Below the pieces are notes generated by a model that was given only the letters and a program-made list of their open reading frames with translations, searched no databases and was not told where the DNA came from. Positions 50,953-60,704 of a stretch of 64,000 nucleotides of DNA are shown here, one piece after another. Origin of the DNA: an uncultured Verrucomicrobiae bacterium. GTDB lineage: Bacteria; Verrucomicrobiota; Verrucomicrobiia; Chthoniobacterales; JAFAMB01. The translations under genes and the position numbers were made by a program. Where the stretch lies: assembly GCA_963762565.1 (NCBI GenBank), contig CAVXLD010000003.1, forward strand, positions 320,001 to 384,000, in the 5' to 3' direction. Positions within the stretch are counted from its first letter, which is position 1; every line of letters begins with the position of its first letter.

Positions 50953-52311
50953 TCACCGGCTCCGGGCAGGTTCCTTCGATCCCCGATCGTTGGATACGTC
51001 CTTCGATTTTGGCCGTTTGTCGATGACGCGTTTGGCTTTGCCAACCACGACACGCTCGATGTTACCTGGCGGTACGGGCGTGACAGCTGCGGTCACTCCG
51101 ACCCAGTTCTTTATCTGATGCCGGAGCTCGTTTGCTAACTGCAGCTCCTCGGTTTGGCTTAAAGTGACGCGAGCTTCGACCCTTACTTCAAGCTCGTCCA
51201 AGCGATCCACCCGGGACACCACCAATAAATAATGCGGCGAAAGCTTCGGGTGTTTGACGATCAATTCCTCGATTTGCGATGGGAACACGTTCACTCCCCG
51301 AATAATCAGCATATCATCCGAGCGACCGACGATTCTGCCGATGCGTCGCATCGAGCGAGCAGTCGGAGGCAGTAACCGGGCAAGGTCCCGGGTGCGATAC
51401 CGGATCAAGGGAAGCGCTTCCTTGGTTAAAGAGGTCAAGACCAGTTCTCCATAGGTTCCGTCCGGCACACCGGCGCCTGTTTCCGGATCAATAATTTCCG
51501 GATAAAAATGGTCCTCCCAAATAACCAACCCATCTTTGGTCTCGACGCACTCGCAAGCCACGCCGGGTCCCATTATCTCTGACAATCCGTAGATATCGAC
51601 CGCATCGAGATGGAATCGGCTTTCGATTTCGGCGCGGAGAGATTCAGACCACGGCTCGGCCCCAAAGATCCCAACTCGCAGGGAGCTCTTCGTCGCGTCG
51701 AGCCCCTGGCGCGCGAACTCGTCTGCGATGGTCAACATGTACGAAGGTGTCATCATGACGACGCTAGGCTGCAGGTCCGTAATCATCTGAACTTGTTTCT
51801 CCGTCTGTCCTCCCGACATCGGGATAACAGCACAGCCCAGGCGTTCAGCCCCGTAATGCGCGCCCAGGCCGCCGGTAAATAATCCGTAACCATAGGAAAC
51901 CAACACGATCTGACCGGGCCGCCCGCCCGCTGCTCGAATCGAGCGAGCCATCAAAGTGCTCCAATTGTCGATATCGTTTCGCGTGTAAGCGACGATCGTC
52001 GGTTTACCGGTTGTGCCGCTCGATGCGTGAATGCGAATGATTTCTTCCCGAGGCACAGCTATCATCCCAAAAGGATAGTTGCGGCGCAGGTCTTCTTTTA
52101 CCGTGAACGGGAACTTGTTGAGATCTTCCAAGGTCCTCAGGTTGCTCGGATGCAGACCTAGCGCACTAAACCTCTCGCGGTAGTGGCGCACTCGATCGTA
52201 GGCATGCTGCAACGACCATTTTAAGCGTTTGAGCTGCAGCGCTCTGAGTTCGTCTTGGCTAGCCTGCTCGATCGGCTCGAAGGAGGCAGCGCTGAGTGTT
52301 TGGGGGGACAT
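50953..52311 (-). CDS. paaK: Phenylacetate-CoA ligase
   Basis: HASSGTTGKP, YGYGLFTGGLG, DIYGLSE, GRSDDMLIIRGVNVFPSQIE. Confidence 0.96.
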   Translation of the reverse strand: MSPQTLSAASFEPIEQASQDELRALQLKRLKWSLQHAYDRVRHYRERFSALGLHPSNLRTLEDLNKFPFTVKEDLRRNYPFGMIAVPREEIIRIHASSGTTGKPTIVAYTRNDIDNWSTLMARSIRAAGGRPGQIVLVSYGYGLFTGGLGAHYGAERLGCAVIPMSGGQTEKQVQMITDLQPSVVMMTPSYMLTIADEFARQGLDATKSSLRVGIFGAEPWSESLRAEIESRFHLDAVDIYGLSEIMGPGVACECVETKDGLVIWEDHFYPEIIDPETGAGVPDGTYGELVLTSLTKEALPLIRYRTRDLARLLPPTARSMRRIGRIVGRSDDMLIIRGVNVFPSQIEELIVKHPKLSPHYLLVVSRVDRLDELEVRVEARVTLSQTEELQLANELRHQIKNWVGVTAAVTPVPPGNIERVVVGKAKRVIDKRPKSKDVSNDRGSKEPARSR

Positions 52312-52319
52312 AGGGGGAG

Positions 52320-52442
52320 GGTGAGAGGTGAGAAGTGAGAAGTGAGAAGAGGGTGAGAGGTGTTACCCGCGAGACATTTGCTATTTGCTATTGGCTATTG
52401 GCTATTGGCTATTGGCTATTGGCTATTGGCTATTGGCTATTC
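52320..52442. repeat. Heteromeric heptamer block (GTGAGAR)n + (CTATTGG)9
   Basis: Direct inspection; the paaI stop lies within it. Confidence 0.85.
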
Positions 52443-52888
52443 GCGCTTGCCGCGACCGTCTCCCCTGTGATTCGGTAGGATCGGCCTCGGAAGAAGGCGA
52501 CGGGGTGACCAGATTGATTGGTGACGACAACATCATAGAGGCCTAGACGGCCGGGCAGCGCGCGCTCGGTTGCTTCGGCGGTTAGTTCATCTCCGATCCG
52601 CGCCGGGGTGACAAAGTCGATTGAGCCTCCGGAGGCTACTGTGCTTCGGTTGTAGCTGTTACAGGCAAAGGCAAAGGCGCTATCTGCTAAGGTGAAAATT
52701 ACACCTCCATGACAGATCGAATGGCTGTTCGACATATCAGGCCGGACCGTCATCTTGAGGCGAGCGTACCCGGGGCGAATTTCGACAATACTAATACCGA
52801 GAGCGCGCGACATGGCGTCTTGCGCAAGCATTCCTTCCGCTACACGTTCGGCTAATCTTGTCTCGTCGGATCTAGTGTCATGTCTCAT
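52430..52888 (-). CDS. paaI: Phenylacetyl-CoA thioesterase
   Basis: NSHSICHGGVIFTLADSAFAFACNS, GLYDV, FFRG; start uncertain. Confidence 0.93.
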   Translation of the reverse strand: MRHDTRSDETRLAERVAEGMLAQDAMSRALGISIVEIRPGYARLKMTVRPDMSNSHSICHGGVIFTLADSAFAFACNSYNRSTVASGGSIDFVTPARIGDELTAEATERALPGRLGLYDVVVTNQSGHPVAFFRGRSYRITGETVAASANSQ

Positions 52889-52904
52889 AAATAGCATGGC
52901 TTTC
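52872..52904. mobile_element. Solo MITE terminal repeat
   Basis: CTAGTGTCATGTCTCATAAATAGCATGGCTTTCG closely matches the MITE TIR. Confidence 0.7.
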
Positions 52905-53059
52905 GTGCAAGTTCGTTGCTCAGGGGTAATGAACTCACAGCGTACCCTAACGGGGCGGATCGCTGGGTGCGGCCTTCCCAGGCACTTCGTGCCAGGCTAC
53001 CATCGTTCCATCCCTCCGGGATTGAAAGGCCCTCGCTGGGCCAGTTTTTCCATAACGTA

Positions 53060-54622
53060 CTAAAGTTCATCTAACTGTTTCCCCGTCCAGAGGGTGCGCG
53101 TGATCAAAGGAGAGGTTCGGTAACGGTCTTCGCCGTAATAGACCGAGAGGTTATGGAGAACGTCTCGGATGCGTCGAAGCCCGATCTTGCGACTCCATTC
53201 AAACGGGCCGGCCGGGTAACGTGTTCCCTTCCGCATCGCCAAATCGATATCGCCACAGGTTGCGACTTTTTGCAGAGCCGTGTCTGCTGCTTCATTTATC
53301 AGCATGGATACCGTTCGCATGACGGCTAAACCCGGCACGTCATCCAAAGTAACGACCTCGTAACCGGCTGCTTGAAATAGAGCCACCGCTGATTGGTATG
53401 CCTTTTCGCTACACCGAGGCGCAGGCGACAGTGCTATAGCTCCGGCGCTCTCATAGTCAAAAGCTAGATCAACCAGCACGGTGTTAGGTTGGTTCTCTTC
53501 GAACGCGATTTGGGCGGCGGTCCTCCCGTCGGTCAGGCGCACGTTTGCTTGATCGACCATCGCCACTAAATCGCCCTCTGCTCTTGCGATACGTCCGGCG
53601 CCAGGGAACGCCTTTCGCAGACGAGTTAACAATCCGTTCGTGAGCGAATCACCGGCCGACAGCCAGACCTCATGGGGAACCGAGTGTCGCATTTCCAGCG
53701 GAGGTTCACTCTTAGTCGAGTCCTCACCGTAGTCATAAAAACCGCGTCCGGTCTTACGTCCATAGAATCCCCCCTCCACCAGCTCTTTCTGATAAACCGA
53801 AGGCATGAACTTCGGGTTCTGATAGAAACCATCAAATACCGACTGGGTAACCGCAAAGTTAACATCGTTGCCGATCAGATCCATCAACTCAAACGGTCCC
53901 ATAGGAAACCGTCCGGCTTCACGCATGACATAATCGATCGTGACGGGATCGCTCCCTTCTGTCACCAGACGGAGAGCTTCGGCATAAAACGGGCGAGCGA
54001 CACGGTTAACAATGAACCCCGGTGTAGAATTGGCTTGGACTGGGATTTTGTCCCATGTCTTAACCGTCTCCAAAACAATCGACAGAGTAGTTTCGTCTGT
54101 CGATAGTCCGGAAACGACCTCCACGAGTTCCATGATCTGCGCCGGGTTAAAGAAATGCATCCCGATCACTCGATTTGGATAGACAAGTCCGGCTGCCAGT
54201 TTGGTAATCGAAAACGAGGAGGTATTGCTGGCGATAATCGACTCCTTTGAAAGGATATTCTCCAAGTCCTGGATAAGTCGTTTCTTGGTGTCGAGGTCTT
54301 CAACGACGGCCTCGATTACTAACCCGGCATCACCAAGGCCAAAAAGACTGGTGACGGGCGCGATCCGTCGCTCGATCTCTTCGGCCGCGCGGGCAGTCAA
54401 TTTACCTTTCCCCACAGACTTGTTCAGACTACGATTAACCTTTTCCAGCGCCCGAGTAACAGCCTCTGGAACCGAGTCGAAGATTTTGACTGGATGCCCC
54501 CCGCAAGCAGCTACCTCGGCGATTCCTGCGCCCATGGTCCCTGCACCGATGATCCCGACCACCGTATCCGGCGGGATCGGCTGTTTGGCAGCGAATTTAG
54601 GTCTGGGGAGTGTTGTCAGCAT
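53060..54622 (-). CDS. paaH: 3-hydroxyadipyl-CoA dehydrogenase
   Basis: GAGTMGAGIA, EAVVE, NTSS, GMHFFNPA, PGFIVNRVAR; duplicated C-domain. Confidence 0.93.
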   Translation of the reverse strand: MLTTLPRPKFAAKQPIPPDTVVGIIGAGTMGAGIAEVAACGGHPVKIFDSVPEAVTRALEKVNRSLNKSVGKGKLTARAAEEIERRIAPVTSLFGLGDAGLVIEAVVEDLDTKKRLIQDLENILSKESIIASNTSSFSITKLAAGLVYPNRVIGMHFFNPAQIMELVEVVSGLSTDETTLSIVLETVKTWDKIPVQANSTPGFIVNRVARPFYAEALRLVTEGSDPVTIDYVMREAGRFPMGPFELMDLIGNDVNFAVTQSVFDGFYQNPKFMPSVYQKELVEGGFYGRKTGRGFYDYGEDSTKSEPPLEMRHSVPHEVWLSAGDSLTNGLLTRLRKAFPGAGRIARAEGDLVAMVDQANVRLTDGRTAAQIAFEENQPNTVLVDLAFDYESAGAIALSPAPRCSEKAYQSAVALFQAAGYEVVTLDDVPGLAVMRTVSMLINEAADTALQKVATCGDIDLAMRKGTRYPAGPFEWSRKIGLRRIRDVLHNLSVYYGEDRYRTSPLITRTLWTGKQLDEL

Positions 54623-54729
54623 GCAAGGGTATCAGGGGCTCGTCCTCGTTCTCGTCGTCGTCCTCGTCCTCGAGAAAGCGGGAACGGAGTAATGGAGCGG
54701 CGGAGTAATGGAGTGTTGTAGTATTGCTT

Positions 54730-55515
54730 TCACGTCCCCGTAAACTTCGGAGGCCTCTTCTCTAAAAATGCCGTAACCCCTTCCCGAAAATCATTACTGC
54801 GCCCGAGCTCCCGCATATAGTCGCGTTCCAGATCGAGCTGTTTGTCCAGCAACAAACCAATCGAACTATTAATTGCTGCTTTTGTATACGCGAGCCCCTT
54901 GGTTGGCGCTATGGCCAGGGTATTAAGCAATTCTTCGATGCTGGCCTTGAACGCTTCGTCCTCGACGCAGCGCCAGATCAAACCCCAAGCCGCGGCTTGC
55001 TCGGCGGAAAGCCGTTCACCTAGCAGAGCGAGCCCCAGTGCTCTCGCAGTGCCAACCAATCTAGGCAAAAAGAAGGTTCCACCGGTGTCAGGAATTAGAC
55101 CGAGTTTAGCAAATGACTGGATAAAGCTGGCAGACTTAGTTGCGATCACGAGATCACAAGCCAGGGCCAAGCTTACTCCGGCTCCGGCAGCAACTCCGTT
55201 AACCCCGGCGACCACAGGTAAAGGAAGAGCGCGGAGTGTACGCACCAACGGCGCATAGTATTTCTCAATACTATCGCCTAAATCGATCGCGCCTTCTCCG
55301 GTCTTGGTGTTTCTGTCTGCGAGATCCTGCCCGGCGCAGAAAGCGCGTCCAGCTCCAGTCATCAATAGCACGCGTACGCGCTGCTCCTTCACCTGCTCAA
55401 GCGCTTCGCGCACTTCCAGATGCATCGCTTCGTTGAAGCTGTTGAGCTTGTCGGGACGGTTAAGCGTCAACCGAGCGATGTCGTCCTTAAGATCGAGAAG
55501 AATAGTTTGAAACAT
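54730..55515 (-). CDS. paaG: 1,2-epoxyphenylacetyl-CoA isomerase
   Basis: RAFCAGQDL, GVAAGAG, GLIPDTGGT. Confidence 0.93.
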   Translation of the reverse strand: MFQTILLDLKDDIARLTLNRPDKLNSFNEAMHLEVREALEQVKEQRVRVLLMTGAGRAFCAGQDLADRNTKTGEGAIDLGDSIEKYYAPLVRTLRALPLPVVAGVNGVAAGAGVSLALACDLVIATKSASFIQSFAKLGLIPDTGGTFFLPRLVGTARALGLALLGERLSAEQAAAWGLIWRCVEDEAFKASIEELLNTLAIAPTKGLAYTKAAINSSIGLLLDKQLDLERDYMRELGRSNDFREGVTAFLEKRPPKFTGT

Positions 55516-55643
55516 AGGAGGTTCAGGAGTTCAGCATGGGGCGGTTAAAGAAATGGCGAGACAGAAAAAGTTGCGGTGACCTGAATACGAGATCAGCGCG
55601 GTGGTCTCCTGAACTCCTGAACTTCTGCAACTCCTGAACTCCT
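55516..55643. repeat. Inverted octamer arrays (AGGAGTTC)n ... (GAACTCCT)n
   Basis: Direct inspection. Confidence 0.7.
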
Positions 55644-56427
55644 ATTTGTTTTTGAATCTCGGTTCACGTTTCTCTAAAAAGGCTGCCATGCCTTCTTTCT
55701 GATCTTCGAGTGCAAAGGTTGCTTGGAAGCTGCGTCGTTCTACCCTTAGCCCTTCCGTCAGCGGTAGCTCATAGGCGGCGTTAACCGCGTCTTTGATCAT
55801 CATCACACTTGGCCGAGAAAGAGATGCGATTTTAGTTGCGGTACGGATGGCTTCCTCTTTCAGATCAGCGAGTGGAACCACTCGACTGACCAATCCGGCG
55901 CGTTCGGCCTCGTTGGCATCGATGAATCGACCGGTCAGACACATCTCCATGGCTTTCGATTTCCCGATGAGTCTGGTAAGTCTTTGGGTGCCGCCGGCCC
56001 CGGGCATCGCCCCGATCATGACCTCGGGTTGACCGAACTTAGCGTTGTCAGCGGCAATGATAAAATCGCATGCCATCGCTAGCTCGCACCCTCCACCAAG
56101 GGCATACCCGGAAACAGCAGCGATGATCGGTTTTCGAATTGCGGAGACCCGGGTCCAGGCGCCGCCGCGACCTTCGGGAAAGTCCTGTAGAAGGAGAGCG
56201 GCAAAGGTCTGATCTTGCATCTCCTGGATGTCCGCTCCGGCAGCGAAGGCTTTATCATTTCCCATTAGAATCATTGCCCCTATCGCATCGTCCGCCTCCC
56301 ATTCTTGCAGTGCGTGCACGACCTCACGCATCAACGCCGTAGAAAGTGCGTTGCGCCTCTCGGGCCGATTTAAGATCAGAATCCCAACCGGGCCACGAGT
56401 CTCGCAGAGAATGTTTTGATAGCTCAT
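55642..56427 (-). CDS. paaF: 2,3-dehydroadipyl-CoA (enoyl-CoA) hydratase
   Basis: AFAAGADI, ALGGGCELAM, FGQPE, PGAGGTQRL. Confidence 0.92.
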   Translation of the reverse strand: MSYQNILCETRGPVGILILNRPERRNALSTALMREVVHALQEWEADDAIGAMILMGNDKAFAAGADIQEMQDQTFAALLLQDFPEGRGGAWTRVSAIRKPIIAAVSGYALGGGCELAMACDFIIAADNAKFGQPEVMIGAMPGAGGTQRLTRLIGKSKAMEMCLTGRFIDANEAERAGLVSRVVPLADLKEEAIRTATKIASLSRPSVMMIKDAVNAAYELPLTEGLRVERRSFQATFALEDQKEGMAAFLEKREPRFKNK

Positions 56428-57056
56428 AGTTGGCGGAAGCCAGAAGCAAAAATGTCATGGAGCTCCTTTGCGGGTGGGTCATATCTGGGGAGCTGAAACC
56501 GGCGACGATTTGGTTCCGGTTGGGTCAGGGGTTCGCAGGCTCGCATAGTGGCTAGCGAACGTTTGGTCAACATTTGATAAACCCCGGTCCCTGTTGTTTT
56601 GGTGGCGACCTCTTCTTCGGTTAGTTCACGCACAAGTCTGCCTGGGATCCCGGCAACCAACATCCGGGGAGGAACGAACATGCCGGCCTTCACAAAAGAT
56701 AGTGCGGCCACCAGCGAGGATTCACCGATCTCCACTTCATCCATCACCACGGCGTTCATGCCGATCATGGCGTTTTTACCGATTCTACACCCATGCAGAA
56801 TTGCACCGTGACCGATATGTCCGCCTGCCTCGACCGTTACTTCCATATTCGGATAGGTATGCACCACGCAACCATCTTGAAGATTGCTGCCTGCCTCTAT
56901 CACGATCCTTCCCATGTCGCCCCGAAGGGATGCGCCCGGGCCGATGTAACAGCCGGGGCCGATAATAACGTCGCCAATGAGAACCGCGGTTGGATGAACG
57001 AACGCTGCCGGATCCACTACCGGGGTGATATCGTCGATGGAATAGATGTTAGACAT
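56424..57056 (-). CDS. paaY: PaaY hexapeptide-repeat thioesterase
   Basis: PAAFVHPTAVLIGDV, SLRGD, HIGHGAILHGC; paa context. Confidence 0.9.
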   Translation of the reverse strand: MSNIYSIDDITPVVDPAAFVHPTAVLIGDVIIGPGCYIGPGASLRGDMGRIVIEAGSNLQDGCVVHTYPNMEVTVEAGGHIGHGAILHGCRIGKNAMIGMNAVVMDEVEIGESSLVAALSFVKAGMFVPPRMLVAGIPGRLVRELTEEEVATKTTGTGVYQMLTKRSLATMRACEPLTQPEPNRRRFQLPRYDPPAKELHDIFASGFRQL

Positions 57057-57211
57057 AGGATGGAGGATGAAGGTAGGGGAGGCGGATTGGTAGCGAGGCT
57101 CCCGATTGCACGGAGTAGAGATCCCGGAATGACCCAGGAGGTTGAGGTCCGAAATGCGCCGAGCCGTTGGGGAGATGGAATAATGGAGGATTGGAGTAAT
57201 GGAGGATTTGG

Positions 57212-58876
57212 TTAGACTGGAATTCTGGTTTCGATGATGCGGAAGCGGTTCGCGACAAAGGCGCTATCGGTTAGGCTGGCGTTAGCGGCTGGATTGGCTC
57301 CAGTGCCGTGATAGTCGCTGAAGGCGGCAGATTGGTTTACGTAGATTCCGCCGGTGAGGTTGCACGACAAACTGACGCCGGCCTCGGCCGCGATTTCGCC
57401 GGCCGCGTGTAAGAGAGATTCCTTGGTTGAGTAGACCGCGAACGTCAGGGAGCCGCAGCGAAGAGAAGTCATGCGTGACAGCTCTAGTGCTTGTTCGGCA
57501 GTGTCCACGGGAATAACGAACACAATCGGGCCGAAACATTCTTGTAAGTAATAGTCGTGGTCGGATGCCGTTAATTGAACGAGCAGGGGGGTCCGCACGC
57601 AGGCGTCGGGAAATTGCGGATGGCTAATGCTTTGGGTATCGGAAATAATTTTGCCTAGTTTGCGAGCGCCTTCCAAGCGATCCAGGGTTGCTTCACTCTG
57701 GATTGCTCCGAGAATTTCGACTGCCCGGGCGGGGTCACCAAGGAGTTTAGCAAGACTATCGGCGAGGCCTTGGACAACTTGGTCAAAAGAGAGATGTCCA
57801 TCAGGCGTCTCCACTCCGTCCTTGGGAATGTAAAGATTTTGAGGGGCAGTGCACATTTGACCGGAATAGAGCGAGATCGAGAAAGCCAGGTTCTTGACCA
57901 TTCCGGCAAAATCATTTGTGGAATCAATTACAACCTGATTTACACCGGCTTTCTCGGTATAAACCGTGGCCTGTCTGGCTTCTTTCTCCAGCCATTCTCC
58001 GTTCCTGGTGCTTCCGGTGAAATCGATAATTTTAATTTCCGGACGCAAAGCGAGCTTTTTGGGGGTGTCGTCATTTGGATCATGGGCGACGAGGGTGACG
58101 ATGTTCGGATCGAAACCGGCTTCCGTCAGGACTTGGCGCGCAGTTTCGACAGTTAAGGCCAAGGGAAGAATCGCACCGGGATGCGGTTTTACGATTACTG
58201 CGTTTCCTGTCGCCAAGTTAGCAAAGAAACCTGGGTACGCATTCCAGGTCGGGAAGGTAGAACAACCGATGACCAAGCCGATACCACGGGGGACGATTTT
58301 AAACTGTTTGTTCAGTTTTAAGGGCTCGTTCTTGCCTTGCGGTTTTTCCCAGTACGCGGTTTTGGGGACATGATTAAGTTCGGTCCATGCATAAGCCACT
58401 GCCTCGAGACCTCTATCTTGCGCATGGGGTCCTCCGGCTTGGAAAGCCATCATGAAGCCTTGGCCGGTGGTGTGCATGACTGAGTAAGCCATCTCGAAGC
58501 TTCGCCGGTTCAGGCGCTGGAGGATTTCAAGGCAAACCCCAACCCAGGTTTCCGGGTCTGCCGCGCGCCAAGGTTTTTGCGCGGCGAGCATTGTCTTCAA
58601 GAGCGGGTCGAGGTCAACTTTGGGATAAGTGATTTCCAAAGGGAAACCGTAGGGCGACCGCTCCGAGCCAGTTTGACCAACGGTCGCCGGAAGGTTGAGA
58701 GGATACGGATGATGGAGCCTGGATTCGAACGCTGCTTTCCCGGATTCGTTAGCAGTCTCACCATAAATCTTGCCGCTCGGAATCTCTGGGAACGCGCTCC
58801 AATAAGTCCGCTTCTCAATGGCTTGCACAGCGTCCTTCAGGAGCTGTTGATGAGTAGAAAAGAAAGAGTTAGACAT
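57212..58876 (-). CDS. paaN: PaaN aldehyde dehydrogenase (no MaoC domain)
   Basis: TTGQGFMMAFQAGGPHAQDRGLEA, CSTFPTWN, YSGQMCT, NQSAAFSDYH. Confidence 0.92.
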   Translation of the reverse strand: MSNSFFSTHQQLLKDAVQAIEKRTYWSAFPEIPSGKIYGETANESGKAAFESRLHHPYPLNLPATVGQTGSERSPYGFPLEITYPKVDLDPLLKTMLAAQKPWRAADPETWVGVCLEILQRLNRRSFEMAYSVMHTTGQGFMMAFQAGGPHAQDRGLEAVAYAWTELNHVPKTAYWEKPQGKNEPLKLNKQFKIVPRGIGLVIGCSTFPTWNAYPGFFANLATGNAVIVKPHPGAILPLALTVETARQVLTEAGFDPNIVTLVAHDPNDDTPKKLALRPEIKIIDFTGSTRNGEWLEKEARQATVYTEKAGVNQVVIDSTNDFAGMVKNLAFSISLYSGQMCTAPQNLYIPKDGVETPDGHLSFDQVVQGLADSLAKLLGDPARAVEILGAIQSEATLDRLEGARKLGKIISDTQSISHPQFPDACVRTPLLVQLTASDHDYYLQECFGPIVFVIPVDTAEQALELSRMTSLRCGSLTFAVYSTKESLLHAAGEIAAEAGVSLSCNLTGGIYVNQSAAFSDYHGTGANPAANASLTDSAFVANRFRIIETRIPV

Positions 58877-58890
58877 AATTGTTACTCTGG

Positions 58891-60000
58891 TTAGTGGATT
58901 TTGTCGAAATCGACTACGAGCTCGTTAGTTCTAGGATAGCTTTGACAGGTCAGAATAAATCCGCGATCGATTTCGTAGTCTTCTAACCCGTAGTGAGCAT
59001 GCATCTCCACTTGCCCGGTGCGGAGATGGGCCCGGCAACTTGCGCAAACACCCCCTTGGCAACCATAACGCAATTCCAGTCCGTGGCGTAACCCTGCCTT
59101 TAGCACTGATTCTGTCTCTCGCGGCATGGTAAATTGATGCTCGATGCCATCTAAAATGATGGTGACGGCACACTGCTGTTCTGGCGCTGGGACCTGATCA
59201 ATGCCGACGCCGTTCTTGGGGGCGGCAAATAGTTCTGTCCTGATCTTGGCGTCCGGTAACCCTTCGGATCGCAAAGCGGCCTTGACTTCTTCGCGCATCG
59301 AGGCAGGGCCACAGATGAAAGCGTTATCGATATTATTCCCAGGGACCCAGCGTTTCAGTAAATCGCGGGACTTCGAGTAGTCAATTCGGCCATATAGCAG
59401 ATCGCTCTCTTGTCTTTCGCGAGTTAGTATGTGGACCAGAGTAAGCCGGTTAACAAAGCGGTCCTTAAGGTCACCTAGTTCATTCCGCAGCATGACGGAG
59501 CCGGTAGATCGGTTACCATAAAAGAGAGTAAATTCGCTCTTCGGTTCGGCGATCAACGTTGACTTGATAATAGAAAATACTGGAGTGATACCGCTGCCGG
59601 CGGCAAAGGCGACGTAGTTGTGGCGCTCGGCGGCTGATAGCGGCACCCCGAAGCGGCCGGTCGGCGGCATGATCTCGATCATAGTGCCGGGCTTTAATTC
59701 CGTAAATGCCCAGTTCGAAAACAGGCCATTGGGCGCCCGTTTGATCGCAATTCGCAGAGCGTCGTCTTGAACTGCGGCGCAGATGGAGTAAGGACGGCGC
59801 ACCTCAGTTCCATTGATGATCGCTCGTAGGATCAGGTGTTGCCCGGGACCAAAGGAGAACTTTGGTCTTAGCACGTCGGGAACCGCAAAAGTCACGAGAA
59901 GGGAGTCGGCTGTATCCAAGCGAACGTCGGCAACTTCCAACGGGAAAAAAACGGTGGCTGGAGAGACCGTGGTCGCGACCTTCGTCGAGTTCAGTGACAT
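58891..60000 (-). CDS. paaE: Phenylacetyl-CoA epoxidase reductase subunit
   Basis: RRPYSIC, AAGSGITP, ICGP, CQGGVCASC...C 2Fe-2S. Confidence 0.94.
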   Translation of the reverse strand: MSLNSTKVATTVSPATVFFPLEVADVRLDTADSLLVTFAVPDVLRPKFSFGPGQHLILRAIINGTEVRRPYSICAAVQDDALRIAIKRAPNGLFSNWAFTELKPGTMIEIMPPTGRFGVPLSAAERHNYVAFAAGSGITPVFSIIKSTLIAEPKSEFTLFYGNRSTGSVMLRNELGDLKDRFVNRLTLVHILTRERQESDLLYGRIDYSKSRDLLKRWVPGNNIDNAFICGPASMREEVKAALRSEGLPDAKIRTELFAAPKNGVGIDQVPAPEQQCAVTIILDGIEHQFTMPRETESVLKAGLRHGLELRYGCQGGVCASCRAHLRTGQVEMHAHYGLEDYEIDRGFILTCQSYPRTNELVVDFDKIH

Positions 60001-60704
60001 TTGAAGTAATCGAATGGTTCCAGGCAAGAGTTACAGATGTAAAAGGCTTTGCAGGGAGTCGAACCGAACTGGCTGACGACTCGCGTGTCAGATGAGCCGC
60101 AACGCGGACAACAAATGGCGTCATCCTGTGCACCAGGGGCTTCGTGCTCGTGCTTCCGACTTCGCCAACCTCCTGTTGTGGAGCGCGCCTCGCTTGCGAG
60201 GCCGACTTCGAGCGGTTGGCAACATTGAGCTCGGGCTTCGTCGGACAAGCTGTGCTCGACTTCTTGCGGACGGAGTGATGGAGTAGTGGAGTGTTGGAGT
60301 GTTGCGCCTTCACCGGATTGCCGCTGGAAGCTGCGGGAGAGACGCGCGCAAGGTCCAGGCGGTGCAATACCGTATTCTAGCAATCGAGTCCTTCCGCGTT
60401 TGGTCATCCAGTCCGTTGTCCAAGCCGGCGAAAGCTGCGTTTCTATGCGGACTCGGTTTATGCCTCGCTGTTGCAGCTCCCGTTGAATGTCGTTTTTGAT
60501 GACGGCTATAGCCGGACAACCGGAGTAAGTCGGGGTGACGTTGACAACCAAGGTCGAGCTGCCGTTTTCCTCGATCCATTTAACCTTGCGCACAATCCCT
60601 AAATCAATGACTGACAATACGGGAATTTCGGGGTCGTTGACTGAGTCTAACCAAGTCCAAATTTCTTCTAGCGATGGTAAGCTCGTCAGCATGGCAGTTA
60701 CCAT
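59991..60704 (-). CDS. paaD: Phenylacetyl-CoA epoxidase subunit PaaD with a repeat-derived in-frame insertion
   Basis: DPEIPVLS, TPTYSGCPA, PAWTTDW, CPRCGS, FGSTPCKA, EPFDYFKCH; start 60704 or 60692. Confidence 0.9.
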   Translation of the reverse strand: MVTAMLTSLPSLEEIWTWLDSVNDPEIPVLSVIDLGIVRKVKWIEENGSSTLVVNVTPTYSGCPAIAVIKNDIQRELQQRGINRVRIETQLSPAWTTDWMTKRGRTRLLEYGIAPPGPCARLSRSFQRQSGEGATLQHSTTPSLRPQEVEHSLSDEARAQCCQPLEVGLASEARSTTGGWRSRKHEHEAPGAQDDAICCPRCGSSDTRVVSQFGSTPCKAFYICNSCLEPFDYFKCH

